In this document: positions 1-9,891 of the stretch, piece by piece | Layout: each line of letters starts with the position of its first letter | Position numbering within the stretch: position 1 is the stretch's first letter | From: Candidatus Thorarchaeota archaeon | GTDB lineage: Archaea; Asgardarchaeota; Heimdallarchaeia; Hodarchaeales; Hodarchaeaceae | DNA: 32,000 nt | NCBI GenBank assembly: GCA_048882505.1 | Contig: JBHLRO010000019.1 | Span: 1-32,000, forward strand | Direction: 5' to 3' | Position numbers and translations under genes: made by a program | The notes under the pieces: model-generated | What the model was told of the DNA's origin: nothing | Databases searched by the model: none | Seen by the model: the letters and a program-made list of their open reading frames with translations, nothing else

Positions 1-287
1 CCATGCGGATCTACGGAATACATAACGTCCTTCAATTGCCAATTACTCAGTAGGAGATTCTGGTACAATTCTCTTTGGTTTTCTGGGAGAATATTATCAT
101 GGTGTGCCAGGAGGGAGGCAATTTGAATCCATCCCCCACCCCAATTTATGATGACTGGAAACCGAAAGTTTTTTTCATTTCCCTCCAACGTGTAAAGGAT
201 TACAATGGTGTCTCGGATGGATTTGAAGTTTAATCCCATCTTGTTTAACCAAGAAGTAATTTGGCTTGGAACTTGGTCAGTATTCAT
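1..287 (-). CDS. YbjN / type III secretion chaperone-like protein (partial, runs off the window start)
   Basis: Not in the ORF track. Manual translation from ATG at 287 is open to base 1: MNTDQVPSQITSWLNKMGLNFKSIRDTIVILYTLEGNEKNFRFPVIINWGGGWIQIASLL...QRELYQNLLLSNWQLKDVMYSVDPH. The pattern WL..MGL.F / V.I....WI.I / LY..LL..NW.L..V.YS.D resembles the YbjN/CesT chaperone fold. Confidence 0.65.
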   Translation of the reverse strand, partial: MNTDQVPSQITSWLNKMGLNFKSIRDTIVILYTLEGNEKNFRFPVIINWGGGWIQIASLLAHHDNILPENQRELYQNLLLSNWQLKDVMYSVDPH

Positions 288-352
288 TTATTGACACTCA
301 TCCTTGCTTATTCGGGGATTTCCTGCTTACAGTAATTACTTTTGGCTAATCT

Positions 353-1432
353 TTAGGGGAGCCATTTAGAAAGCAGTTCCTCGCCTCGGTCAAAAATCGC
401 ACGACAAAAGGATACTGTATCGAAGCAGTCCTTGATGCATCCAATCTCACTAGGGGTATGATTATTCCGAGTAGCACAGAGGATTGAAAGGGTAGGGACC
501 CCTTCACCTACAGTTCTAACAGGTCCAGCATCGGTACCCCCGATATTCCAAACTTCCGTTTGAAGGTTTATCCCACTGTCTTTTCCGAGGGTAAGTAGGT
601 AATCTCGCACATGTGGCGGTACCAGACTAGACTTGTCGGAAAGCGTTAGTACAGGACCTTTTCCTAGATGAACTGGGGATTCATCATATGTGACATCCAA
701 AACTAGTGCCCCATCGGGCCGAATCTTTCTTGCGGCGGTTTGAGCCCCCCGACCGCCCACTTCTTCCTCTACAGTCCCTACCAGATATGTATCATTGGGA
801 GGTCTTTCTGCAGCAAGCTGTTTGGCGAGTTTAATAATCCCAAAAATGCCAAATCGATTATCCAACCGAGGGGCACGAAGAACCAAATCCGTTGATTTTC
901 CCAAAAGAACAGGTTCATTGGTAAAATGAACGGGATCTCCTGGTTTAATCTCGAGATCCTCCGTTTCTTTTGCACTTCGACTGTTACCTACATCAATCTC
1001 GAAGTTACTCTTTTGATCTACAGTTTTCGCATTCATCACTCCATGAACCATCCCATTACTCGTACTGATAGCCACAGGATGGAGATGTAATGCTTTGGTG
1101 TCTCTATACCCAAAATTGACACATTTAACGTGGCCATTCGCCATGATGCTATGAACAATGAAACCACAGGTGTCCATATGCGCCGCAACAAGCCATTTAC
1201 TTTTCTCTCTCTCAAGTCCCTTGATTCTGCATATTACGGAACCCAATTTATCAAACTGAATCTCACCAAATGGGGTCAGTTTTTCTGTCAGGTATTCACG
1301 GATGGCCTTCTCAAACCCAGATTGTCCCGGGATTTCAAGACAAGACCTTAAATCATCAGGAATTAAATCTGTATTCGACGAAGGATACGACATATACATA
1401 CAAACAACCGGAAAGGGTAATGAAAACGTCAA
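353..1432 (-). CDS. M42 family metallopeptidase (TET/FrvX-like aminopeptidase)
   Basis: Motifs PGQSGFE, AAHMD, LDNRFG, VEEEVGGRGA, VLDVT, GGTDAG and NHTPSE supply all five metal ligands. The true start is probably Met12 or Met14 (1399 or 1393). Confidence 0.92.
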   Translation of the reverse strand: MTFSLPFPVVCMYMSYPSSNTDLIPDDLRSCLEIPGQSGFEKAIREYLTEKLTPFGEIQFDKLGSVICRIKGLEREKSKWLVAAHMDTCGFIVHSIMANGHVKCVNFGYRDTKALHLHPVAISTSNGMVHGVMNAKTVDQKSNFEIDVGNSRSAKETEDLEIKPGDPVHFTNEPVLLGKSTDLVLRAPRLDNRFGIFGIIKLAKQLAAERPPNDTYLVGTVEEEVGGRGAQTAARKIRPDGALVLDVTYDESPVHLGKGPVLTLSDKSSLVPPHVRDYLLTLGKDSGINLQTEVWNIGGTDAGPVRTVGEGVPTLSILCATRNNHTPSEIGCIKDCFDTVSFCRAIFDRGEELLSKWLP

Positions 1433-1598
1433 ATAGGATTGGTTATAAAAACAGGTTTGCTGTTAATTCATTCTTTACACTTGATGTTAACGCTCAGTTC
1501 TATCTTTACTACGTGGAAATGCGCCGTAATTGTAGAACATACCTGAAACCTGACTAATTCGGATAGATTTCATTTAATAATGCTATAATTCATAATTG

Positions 1599-3449
1599 TT
1601 AAGGCGGAGCGGTATATTCAACTGGTGTAAGCTGTTCATGACCTGTTGGGGTCCAATCCGCTTCCTGGTGCCGGAAGTATGTATTGTACAAATCAGCATA
1701 TTCCCCGCCTTGAGCAAGAAGTGTATCGTGAGTACCTTCTTCAATAATCTTGCCCTTATCAAGGACAATAATCCGATCTACGTTTCTTACTGTACTCAGA
1801 CGATGGGCAATGACAATGGATGTCCTTCCTCTCATCAGTTCTTCTAGAGATTCTTGGATCATACTTTCGGTATAAGCGTCGACACTGGAGGTTGCTTCAT
1901 CCAGGACGAGTATCTGGGGGTCTGATAATAAGGCACGTGCAAATGAGACGAGCTGACGTTGACCAGTACTCAATAATCCCCCTGATTCGCCTACTTGAGT
2001 CTCTAGCCCATCCTTAAGGTACTCTAATATTTCATTTACTCGAGAAACTTCGAGAGCACGATGAAAATCTTCTCTAGAGGCATTTCTGCGGCCATAAGTT
2101 ATGTTCTCTTCTATTGTACCATTGAAAAGGAAGGGCGTCTGTAGAACAATGCCTAAATGCTTTCGATATTCCTTCATTTTGAGATCTCGAATGTTCACAT
2201 CATCAATTAGGATCTTACCATCCTGAAATTCATAAAATCGCGCTAATAATGAGATGATGGATGTTTTACCCGCCCCAGTGTGGCCCACGATCGCGATTCT
2301 TTCTCCGGGATTAATTGTCAGCGAGAAGTTCGTTAGAACTGGGGTCTCTTCCACATATCTGAAATTGACATTTCGAAACTCGATTTTACCCTCCATCTGG
2401 TCAAGAACAACATCTCCCAGATCTTGGACCTCAGGTTCTGTATCAATCACTTCCAATATTCGTTCGAAACCGGCGAAGCCTGCCTGAATTTGGGCATAAA
2501 AATTCACCAACTCTGTTACAGGAAAGAAAAAACGCTCCAAGTATGAAAGGAAAACATAAAGAGTTCCAGCAGATACAAAACCCAGCTCATTAATGGCCGC
2601 TTGTCCACCAAATGATAGAATTAATACTGTGCCAAATGCTGAAAGAAAACTAACAAAGGGAAAGAACATCATCATCGATAGGCTACGGCGAAATCCAGAT
2701 GCAAAATGCCGTTGGTTAACCTGGCGAAAATCCTCAAGAGTCTCGGTTTCTACCCCCAAAGCTTTCGACACCTGTATTCCACTAAATGATTCGGCCATGG
2801 CCGCGTTGACTGCAGCCGTTGCTCGGCGAAAGGATTTTGCTGTGGCCCGCGCAATCCATCTAAAAAGGAAACTAGCAATCAGGAGAACGGGCACCACAAA
2901 GGCCGTAATGAGCGCCAGAGGAAAATTTATTATTGCTAAAACGATGAAGACAGAAAAAACAATCAAAAAATTTCCTGCAACAGTCATAACGACTGAAACG
3001 GCTCCCCCATAGTCTCCTGCGTCAGAGGAAACTCGTGAATTGAGCTTTCCACTTCGATGAGTGTCAAAGAATTTCATATCTTGTCTTTGGAGCCCATCGA
3101 ACACGTCTCCTCTCAGTGTAACCATGAAATCTGGAACCAGTTTTGAAAACTGGATTCTAATGATGTAGTCTCCTATCCAATTTAGTATACTTAAAATGAA
3201 GTACATTGCCCCTCCTGCAATTATAACCCATAAGATCAAGTCAGAGGGATTTGTAAGATTATCAATTATATTTGCGAAGAATAGAGGAGCAAGAAGTCCC
3301 GTAATAGTAAGAATAACCATTACAGTGGTTGAAACCAAAATTGGGCGCTTGAATGGTGCCAGACGCTTTATGCTGCGAGTAATTAGCTCTCTATCGGAAT
3401 ATTTTCTTTCTAAATCTTGTCTTTCAATTCCTTCAAAAATCCAACCCAT
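1599..3449 (-). CDS. ABC exporter, TMD-NBD half transporter (TM288/MdlB-like subunit)
   Basis: Six-TM N-terminal half; Walker A GHTGAGKT; degenerate signature LSTGQRQL; consensus Walker B ILVLDEATSSVD; H-loop IAHRLS. Confidence 0.95.
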   Translation of the reverse strand: MGWIFEGIERQDLERKYSDRELITRSIKRLAPFKRPILVSTTVMVILTITGLLAPLFFANIIDNLTNPSDLILWVIIAGGAMYFILSILNWIGDYIIRIQFSKLVPDFMVTLRGDVFDGLQRQDMKFFDTHRSGKLNSRVSSDAGDYGGAVSVVMTVAGNFLIVFSVFIVLAIINFPLALITAFVVPVLLIASFLFRWIARATAKSFRRATAAVNAAMAESFSGIQVSKALGVETETLEDFRQVNQRHFASGFRRSLSMMMFFPFVSFLSAFGTVLILSFGGQAAINELGFVSAGTLYVFLSYLERFFFPVTELVNFYAQIQAGFAGFERILEVIDTEPEVQDLGDVVLDQMEGKIEFRNVNFRYVEETPVLTNFSLTINPGERIAIVGHTGAGKTSIISLLARFYEFQDGKILIDDVNIRDLKMKEYRKHLGIVLQTPFLFNGTIEENITYGRRNASREDFHRALEVSRVNEILEYLKDGLETQVGESGGLLSTGQRQLVSFARALLSDPQILVLDEATSSVDAYTESMIQESLEELMRGRTSIVIAHRLSTVRNVDRIIVLDKGKIIEEGTHDTLLAQGGEYADLYNTYFRHQEADWTPTGHEQLTPVEYTAPP

Positions 3450-3456
3450 AATAGTT

Positions 3457-3462
3457 CCTCCT
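3457..3462 (-). promoter_or_regulatory. Shine-Dalgarno AGGAGG overlapping the upstream stop codon
   Basis: The minus strand reads TAGGAGGAACTATTATG, linking the two ABC genes by translational coupling. Confidence 0.7.
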
Positions 3463-5299
3463 ATGATGTCATTGTTGCAAATGGAAGGTCCTCACGTAAT
3501 GGCGGCAGATCTGCACCCTTGCCAAAGATACGTCTGTAATCAGGAGATGAATAGATCAATCTGGAATGATGACCTTGTGCCACAATCTTTGCTCCTTTGA
3601 TAACAACCACACAGTCCGCTTTTCGGATGGTCGACAGTCTATGTGTTATGATAAATGTGGTTCGTCCTTGACTAACTGCATTGATAGCCTTATACATTTC
3701 TTCCTCTGTCTTAGAATCGACAGAGCTTGTTGAATCATCCAGTATTAGTATACGAGGATCCGTGATAAAAGTACGAGCTAGAGCGATTCTTTGTCGCTGA
3801 CCACCCGATAATTGTGATCCCCCTTCGCCCACATTTGTTTCATACCCATCCTTAAGAACTGTTGTAATAAACTCATGAGCTTGGGCTAAGTTTGCGGCAG
3901 CTTCAATCTTGGCTTGTCCAGCCTGACGGTTTCCAAACCCTATATTCTCTTTGACAGATCTAGGGAACAAGTATATGTCCTGTTCTATAAGACCAATGTT
4001 CTTGCGAAGTGATTCCAAGGTATAATCTTTGATATTCACACCATCGATTGAAATTGTCCCTTCATATTCATAAAGCCTGAGCAATAGTTTAGTTAGAGAC
4101 GATTTACCTGCCCCTGTGGGCCCTACTATAGCGATAGTTTGGCCGGGTGCTACCGTTAAAGAAATGTCTTCTAGTATCCATGTTTTAGAGGAGGGATATT
4201 TGAAAGAAACATTCTCAAACTTTATCAATCCTTGAATATTGTCCAGAACTTTCTTGGTTTGGATTTCATTCTCCCCTGCTTCTCGAATCTCCATGGAATG
4301 GATACGTCTTCCTCCAGCTATTCCCGCAGCTGCAAGTTCAATTCCGAAGGAAATAATGTAAGTAGGCACTAACAATGTATAGAGAAGTCCATGAAAAGCG
4401 ACCAAAGTGCCAATGGTCATTTCTTGAGCTAATACAAATAACGAACCAATTGCAACAGACGTACCGATCGCTGCAAAAAGAACAAGAGTGGGAAAATAAC
4501 GAGCTTGTATTATTTGACGCTTTTCCCAAGTATCTCGAAAATCTAGGACGAATTTCATAAATTTTTCTCGCTCGTAGGATTCTTCCGCGAACGCACGAAC
4601 AACGGCAGCTCCTGTGATATTGTCTTGGACCGCCGTAGCGATAGCACCCCACTTTCTCATGAATGTCTTGCTGATTGGTGCCATATTCTTGTTATAGCTG
4701 AATATGGCCCATATATAGCCAATAAGAAATGGTATAGAGAGCAATACCAATTGGGGAGACTGTAATACGGTAAGAACAAGTAAAGCAGATAATAAAATCG
4801 AAATAAATACATCCGCTAACATGCCTATGCCAGGACTGATCATCCCGCCCACTTGACCTAAATCATTGGTGGTAAGGGCCATCAATTCTCCAGTCTGTAC
4901 GCTATCGTGAAATTGTAACGGTTTATTCTGCATAGAGTCAAAGAACTCTTCTCGAATTCTTCGCTGGGCATTCCAGGAGAGATATTCATTGGCAAGAGTA
5001 GTAAAAATGGAAATGATGAGCTGGAGGAGTCCTAGTATTAACAGGGTCACGACGTAGTTTGCCAGTAGGCCCAGTTTTTGGGGCGTTGTAAATATTCCAT
5101 TCACATCGATAATAGCAGTATCCAACGCAACACCAAGGACAATAGGAATGCTTAGTCTTGTGAAAATGACTCCAGCGGTACCAATCAGAACAACCAAGAT
5201 GATCATAGGATTGGAGAAGAGGTGCCCGAGTAACCACCTGCGAAATGAAATGGAGGACGGTACTACGTGTGGAGCAGATTCAGTACTCATTTGCTTCAA
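3461..5299 (-). CDS. ABC exporter, TMD-NBD half transporter (TM287/MdlA-like subunit)
   Basis: TM region; Walker A GPTGAGKS; consensus signature LSGGQRQR; Walker B ILILDDSTSSVD (Asp in place of the catalytic Glu); ITHRLS. Confidence 0.95.
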   Translation of the reverse strand: MKQMSTESAPHVVPSSISFRRWLLGHLFSNPMIILVVLIGTAGVIFTRLSIPIVLGVALDTAIIDVNGIFTTPQKLGLLANYVVTLLILGLLQLIISIFTTLANEYLSWNAQRRIREEFFDSMQNKPLQFHDSVQTGELMALTTNDLGQVGGMISPGIGMLADVFISILLSALLVLTVLQSPQLVLLSIPFLIGYIWAIFSYNKNMAPISKTFMRKWGAIATAVQDNITGAAVVRAFAEESYEREKFMKFVLDFRDTWEKRQIIQARYFPTLVLFAAIGTSVAIGSLFVLAQEMTIGTLVAFHGLLYTLLVPTYIISFGIELAAAGIAGGRRIHSMEIREAGENEIQTKKVLDNIQGLIKFENVSFKYPSSKTWILEDISLTVAPGQTIAIVGPTGAGKSSLTKLLLRLYEYEGTISIDGVNIKDYTLESLRKNIGLIEQDIYLFPRSVKENIGFGNRQAGQAKIEAAANLAQAHEFITTVLKDGYETNVGEGGSQLSGGQRQRIALARTFITDPRILILDDSTSSVDSKTEEEMYKAINAVSQGRTTFIITHRLSTIRKADCVVVIKGAKIVAQGHHSRLIYSSPDYRRIFGKGADLPPLREDLPFATMTS

Positions 5300-5751
5300 C
5301 CATAGCTGGTAGAATTTTGCACTACTTATAAGAGAGATTTTTCGGGCAAAATTAGGGTTTGATTTATATTATTTTAATTAAATAGATTGTCAAAACTGTA
5401 GGAACAGTTCTCCTTTATCTCCATTTTAGAAAATCCGCAGCTACTGATAATTCGGATAATCAAATCAGATATCTCCCTCTGGGGCTTTATGATACAACTC
5501 ATTTCATAAACCTTTACTATTTCCTCCTAAAATTGATCAGGAATAGTATTTTGAAAAATTAATGGATTTTTATTTTGATATTTTAGTAAAAACTTTATAT
5601 CAATCTTCCTAACCTTAAAATACAGGAGGGCTTGATAAGCAAATTTCGTGAATATCCATTAAATTATTTTTCTTTTTAATATTTCTTGCCAGGCCGTGTT
5701 TTTCGGGAATTCTGATTACCACCTCAGAAGGTCTTAAAAGGGCTTTGTAAG

Positions 5752-8664
5752 TTGCGTAGTATTGCGATGAGTGACCTCAAGAAGGAGTTTATTTACGTTC
5801 AAAAAGCAAGGGTTCATAATCTCAAGGAGCTGACTCTCAAAATTCCGCGAAATCAGCTGGTTGTTATAACAGGGGTGAGTGGCAGCGGTAAGTCCAGTTT
5901 GGCTTTTGATGTGATCTTTGCGGAAGGCCAACGCCGATACGTAGAATCCTTGAGTGCCTATGCCCGACAATTCTTAGGGAGAATGCAAAAACCAGATGTG
6001 GATCTGATTGAAGGGCTCAGTCCCGCCGTCTCGATAGAGCAGAAGACAACATCCAAAAATCCCAGAAGTACTGTCGGAACGCAGACCGAAATTTTTGATT
6101 ATTTACGCCTTCTTTTCGCTAATATAGGTACGCCTCATTGTACGAACTGCGGTAGAGAACTGAGTATACAATCTCCCCAATCTATTACCCAAACTATTCT
6201 AACCTGGGAAGAGGACACAAAAATCAAGATTTTGGCACCGATTATACGGGGAAAAAAGGGTACTCACCATACTCAATGGGAAAGGCTCCTTGAGATGGGA
6301 TACGTTCGGTCAAGAGTAGATGGTGTAGAATACGAACTTGATAATCCCCCTACATTAGATAGATATAAGATTCATACGATTGAAGTCGTGATCGATCGGT
6401 TAATAATTAAACCGTCCATTAAATCCCGTCTAACGGAGGCAGTGGAGCAAGCCCTTTCTTTAGGGGAAGGGGTAGTGATTATTAGTAAAGCCAGTAATGG
6501 TGATGACAATAAGGAAGAAGATTTCTTCTTTTCAGAGAATTACGCGTGTGCTGAATGTGAACTGTCGTATGAAGAGCTTAAACCCCGTAATTTCAGTTTT
6601 AACTCCCCCTGGGGGCATTGTCCCGATTGTCAAGGCTTGGGTACTCAATTAAGAATCGATCCAGATTTGATAGTCACCAATCCCGAACTTTCCTTCCGAG
6701 ACGGCGGAGTAATGGATAAACCATTAAAACCTGGCACTTGGCGGTACAGCTACTATACCTCTTTAGGAAAGGCCTGGGACGACTTTGATGTAGATTTACC
6801 TCTCAAGGATCATCCACCAGAGGTTATAAAGCGATTACTGCATGGTTCGAAGCAAAAAATGAGTATTGTATTTGAATCCGAACGATCCAAGTGGGAATCA
6901 AAGCAACATCAGCATGAAGGAATTATAAACACTATTTGGCGCCGGTATCGTGAAACGAAGAGTGATGGGGCACGTAGATATTACGAGCGATTCATGCGTA
7001 AAGATCACTGCGAGGTTTGTGGGGGACGGCGGTTGAAAGCCGAGTCTTTGGCTGTAACAATTCAAGACAAGAATATTATGGAGGTTGCGGAGATGACGAT
7101 AGAAAAAGCCCGCACATGGTTGGTATCACTCCGACCAGATCTGACTGAAACTCAGCTTAAAATCGCTCGGAATATCCTTCGAGAAATCGAAGCCCGTTTA
7201 GAGTTCCTGATATCAGTAGGCCTTCCCTACTTGACATTGGAAAGGGCCTCAATGACCCTTAGTGGAGGAGAAAGTCAACGGATTCGTCTTGCAACTCAAA
7301 TAGGTTCTGCATTGGTTGGAGTGACTTATGTCCTTGATGAACCTTCTATTGGACTTCATTCTCGTGATCAAAGCAAACTTCTCGGCTCATTGAAGAATTT
7401 AAGAGCCATAGGGAATACCATCTTAGCTGTCGAGCATGACCATCAAACTATCTTGGCCGCAGATCATGTCATAGATCTGGGGCCTGGGGCAGGTATCCAT
7501 GGAGGTACCCTAGTTGCTCAGGGGAGTCCTCAAGATATAATGGAGTCTCAACATTCAATTACTGGAGAGTATCTTTCAGGCCGTAGGAGAATCGAAATCC
7601 CAAAGGAAAGGCGAGCAGGAAACGGAAAAGCCGTTACTATCATCGGAGCTTCTGCGAACAACCTCAAGGATATAACTGTTAAATTTCCCCTAGGTCGTCT
7701 AATTTGTTTAACGGGTGTGAGCGGCAGCGGAAAATCTACTCTGATGAATGATACTCTTTATCGTGGATTGATGAAGTATCTTCACGGATCGAAAAAAAGG
7801 GTTGGAAACCATAAGCAATTCAAAGGTTTAGAGCACATTGACAAGGTGATCAATATTGACCAAAGCCCAATCGGCAGAACACCACGCAGTAACCCAGTTA
7901 CATATACAGGAGTTTGGGATAATATCCGTAGCCTTTATGCCCAAGTTAAGGAAGCTAAGGTCCGCGGTTATAAGCCTGGACGGTTCAGTTTTAACGTGAA
8001 GGGAGGCCGTTGTGAAACCTGTCACGGCGGCGGCCGAATCAAGATCGAACTATCCTTCCTCCCTGATGTATGGATTCAATGTGATGACTGCAAGGGACTC
8101 AGATATAATACTGACACCCTAGAAATCCGCTATAAGGGAAAAAACATTTCTGATGTTTTGAACTTGACTGTTGAAGAAGGACTTGAATTTTTTTCGAATA
8201 TACCCAAGATTAAGCATAAACTCCAGACTATAGACGATGTAGGCTTGGGTTATATCCAGCTTGGGCAGCCCGCAACTACTCTTTCTGGAGGAGAAGCCCA
8301 AAGAGTCAAGCTAGCGAAGGAATTGGCGAAAAGATCTACTGGAAAAACGTTTTACATTCTTGATGAACCAACAACGGGATTATCAACCCACGACATTTCC
8401 TATCTTCTAGCAGTACTGCAGAGGTTAGTTAAAGAGGGGAACACCATAGTCGTTATAGAACACAATTTAGAAGTTGTAAAATCCGCGGATTGGATTATCG
8501 AATTAGGTCCAGAGGGAGGCGATAATGGAGGTCAAGTTCTTGCTACAGGAACTCCCGAAGAAATTGCGAAGATCGAATGTCCCACAGGCTTATATCTGAG
8601 AGACATACTTCTTGGAACAACAGAAGCTCCTAGGCATGAGGTTCCCGTAAAAACAGCTAATTAG
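5752..8664 (+). CDS. uvrA: Excinuclease ABC subunit A
   Basis: ARVHNLK, two Walker A motifs GVSGSGKS, EGQRRYVESLSAYARQFL, LSGGESQR and LSGGEAQR signatures, three Zn-finger Cys sets, and a UvrB-binding insertion. Probable ATG at 5767. Confidence 0.98.
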   Translation: MRSIAMSDLKKEFIYVQKARVHNLKELTLKIPRNQLVVITGVSGSGKSSLAFDVIFAEGQRRYVESLSAYARQFLGRMQKPDVDLIEGLSPAVSIEQKTTSKNPRSTVGTQTEIFDYLRLLFANIGTPHCTNCGRELSIQSPQSITQTILTWEEDTKIKILAPIIRGKKGTHHTQWERLLEMGYVRSRVDGVEYELDNPPTLDRYKIHTIEVVIDRLIIKPSIKSRLTEAVEQALSLGEGVVIISKASNGDDNKEEDFFFSENYACAECELSYEELKPRNFSFNSPWGHCPDCQGLGTQLRIDPDLIVTNPELSFRDGGVMDKPLKPGTWRYSYYTSLGKAWDDFDVDLPLKDHPPEVIKRLLHGSKQKMSIVFESERSKWESKQHQHEGIINTIWRRYRETKSDGARRYYERFMRKDHCEVCGGRRLKAESLAVTIQDKNIMEVAEMTIEKARTWLVSLRPDLTETQLKIARNILREIEARLEFLISVGLPYLTLERASMTLSGGESQRIRLATQIGSALVGVTYVLDEPSIGLHSRDQSKLLGSLKNLRAIGNTILAVEHDHQTILAADHVIDLGPGAGIHGGTLVAQGSPQDIMESQHSITGEYLSGRRRIEIPKERRAGNGKAVTIIGASANNLKDITVKFPLGRLICLTGVSGSGKSTLMNDTLYRGLMKYLHGSKKRVGNHKQFKGLEHIDKVINIDQSPIGRTPRSNPVTYTGVWDNIRSLYAQVKEAKVRGYKPGRFSFNVKGGRCETCHGGGRIKIELSFLPDVWIQCDDCKGLRYNTDTLEIRYKGKNISDVLNLTVEEGLEFFSNIPKIKHKLQTIDDVGLGYIQLGQPATTLSGGEAQRVKLAKELAKRSTGKTFYILDEPTTGLSTHDISYLLAVLQRLVKEGNTIVVIEHNLEVVKSADWIIELGPEGGDNGGQVLATGTPEEIAKIECPTGLYLRDILLGTTEAPRHEVPVKTAN

Positions 8665-8769
8665 TCTGTCAATAATTGTCCAGAACCACGAAACTATTAT
8701 ATTCATGATATTTTAATTAGCATCTACGCATTTATTCCATGAGAAATTAGGATTTCTCCCATCTTTCTG

Positions 8770-9891
8770 GTGTTGAATGCCCCTATGCCCTCATCAACTG
8801 AAGAGCTAATCGAATTCGATTCTCTAACTCAAATGACGCGAATGATATTTTCACCCTCGGGATACTCAGTTCAGATTAAAGATCAAGATCATAACATTAT
8901 ATGGGAGGATGGAGTTTTCCTCGAACATAGGAAACCTAAAATTGGCCACAAATGTTATTCAGTTAATTTTGGGAGATCTGAACCATGTCCAGAATGTTTA
9001 TTACTTCAAACAAAACTATCTGGGCTTTATACAGTAAAGGAAGATCGTCATCTAGGGGATGGCAAATGGTATAGTGTCTTGGCACTTCCGATTCTTTATC
9101 AAGGGGAAATAATGACATTAGAGTTGATCAAGGAGATAACCAGAGAAAAACGTAATATTCAACAACTGAAATTTGCAACGGCACGGGATGCATTTTTTAC
9201 CGATATCCTGGTACATGACCTCTTGAATTATCTTTCAATCACAAATCTTACGTTAGAAGGTTTGGAGAAACAAAAAACCCCAGATTGCAATAATATTGGA
9301 CAAAGTATTCAGATTGCTAGAAAGAACACGACGAAGACAATGGAAATTCTGAGCGAGTTGCGAAATTTAAGAATTGAAGCAGAAAATGAACTCTATCCTG
9401 TTTCAATTGTAACCACTTTACAAGAAACCATTGGGGAACTTCAATCCCTTTTTACTGACAAGGAGATCCAGGTTACTTACAAAATGTATGCTAATTCTCG
9501 GGAACCAACAGTTCTAGCCAATAAGCTTCTTTCAATTCTTTTTCTAAACATCCTGAAGAATTCAGTAGTTCATACTCCCTCAAATCCCGTAAAAATTGAC
9601 ATCGAGATTAACCAGGACAGAGACAACCAAGAAATCCTTGAAATCAAGATCAGCGACTGGGGCAAAGGAATATCGCCCATAATGAGACCAAATTTGTTTG
9701 ATCCTAAAGCAAGAAAAAGAGAAGGATGGAAAGCATCCCCAGATTCTCTTGGTTTTGGCATGACAATCATTAAAACCCTAGTCGATCTCTTTGGCGGAGA
9801 AATTATGTACGACAGCAGAGTATCGGAAGATTGGAGCCAGGGAACCATGGTAACTCTTAAACTTCCGCGGATTCAGAGTCTTGAAACCTAG
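8770..9891 (+). CDS. PAS-like sensor histidine kinase (HATPase_c)
   Basis: PAS-type KCYSVNFGRSEPCPEC; H-box HDLLNYL; N-box FLNILKNSVVH; G1 SDWGKGI; F-box LFD; G2 SLGFGMTIIKTLVDLFGGEI. Confidence 0.85.
   Translation: MLNAPMPSSTEELIEFDSLTQMTRMIFSPSGYSVQIKDQDHNIIWEDGVFLEHRKPKIGHKCYSVNFGRSEPCPECLLLQTKLSGLYTVKEDRHLGDGKWYSVLALPILYQGEIMTLELIKEITREKRNIQQLKFATARDAFFTDILVHDLLNYLSITNLTLEGLEKQKTPDCNNIGQSIQIARKNTTKTMEILSELRNLRIEAENELYPVSIVTTLQETIGELQSLFTDKEIQVTYKMYANSREPTVLANKLLSILFLNILKNSVVHTPSNPVKIDIEINQDRDNQEILEIKISDWGKGISPIMRPNLFDPKARKREGWKASPDSLGFGMTIIKTLVDLFGGEIMYDSRVSEDWSQGTMVTLKLPRIQSLET

Noticed and set aside
5374-5502. 42-codon minus-strand ORF (MSCIIKPQREIS...) near an AGGAGG
   Set aside because: The SD-like sequence is too far from this ATG, there is no motif, and the length is expected by chance.
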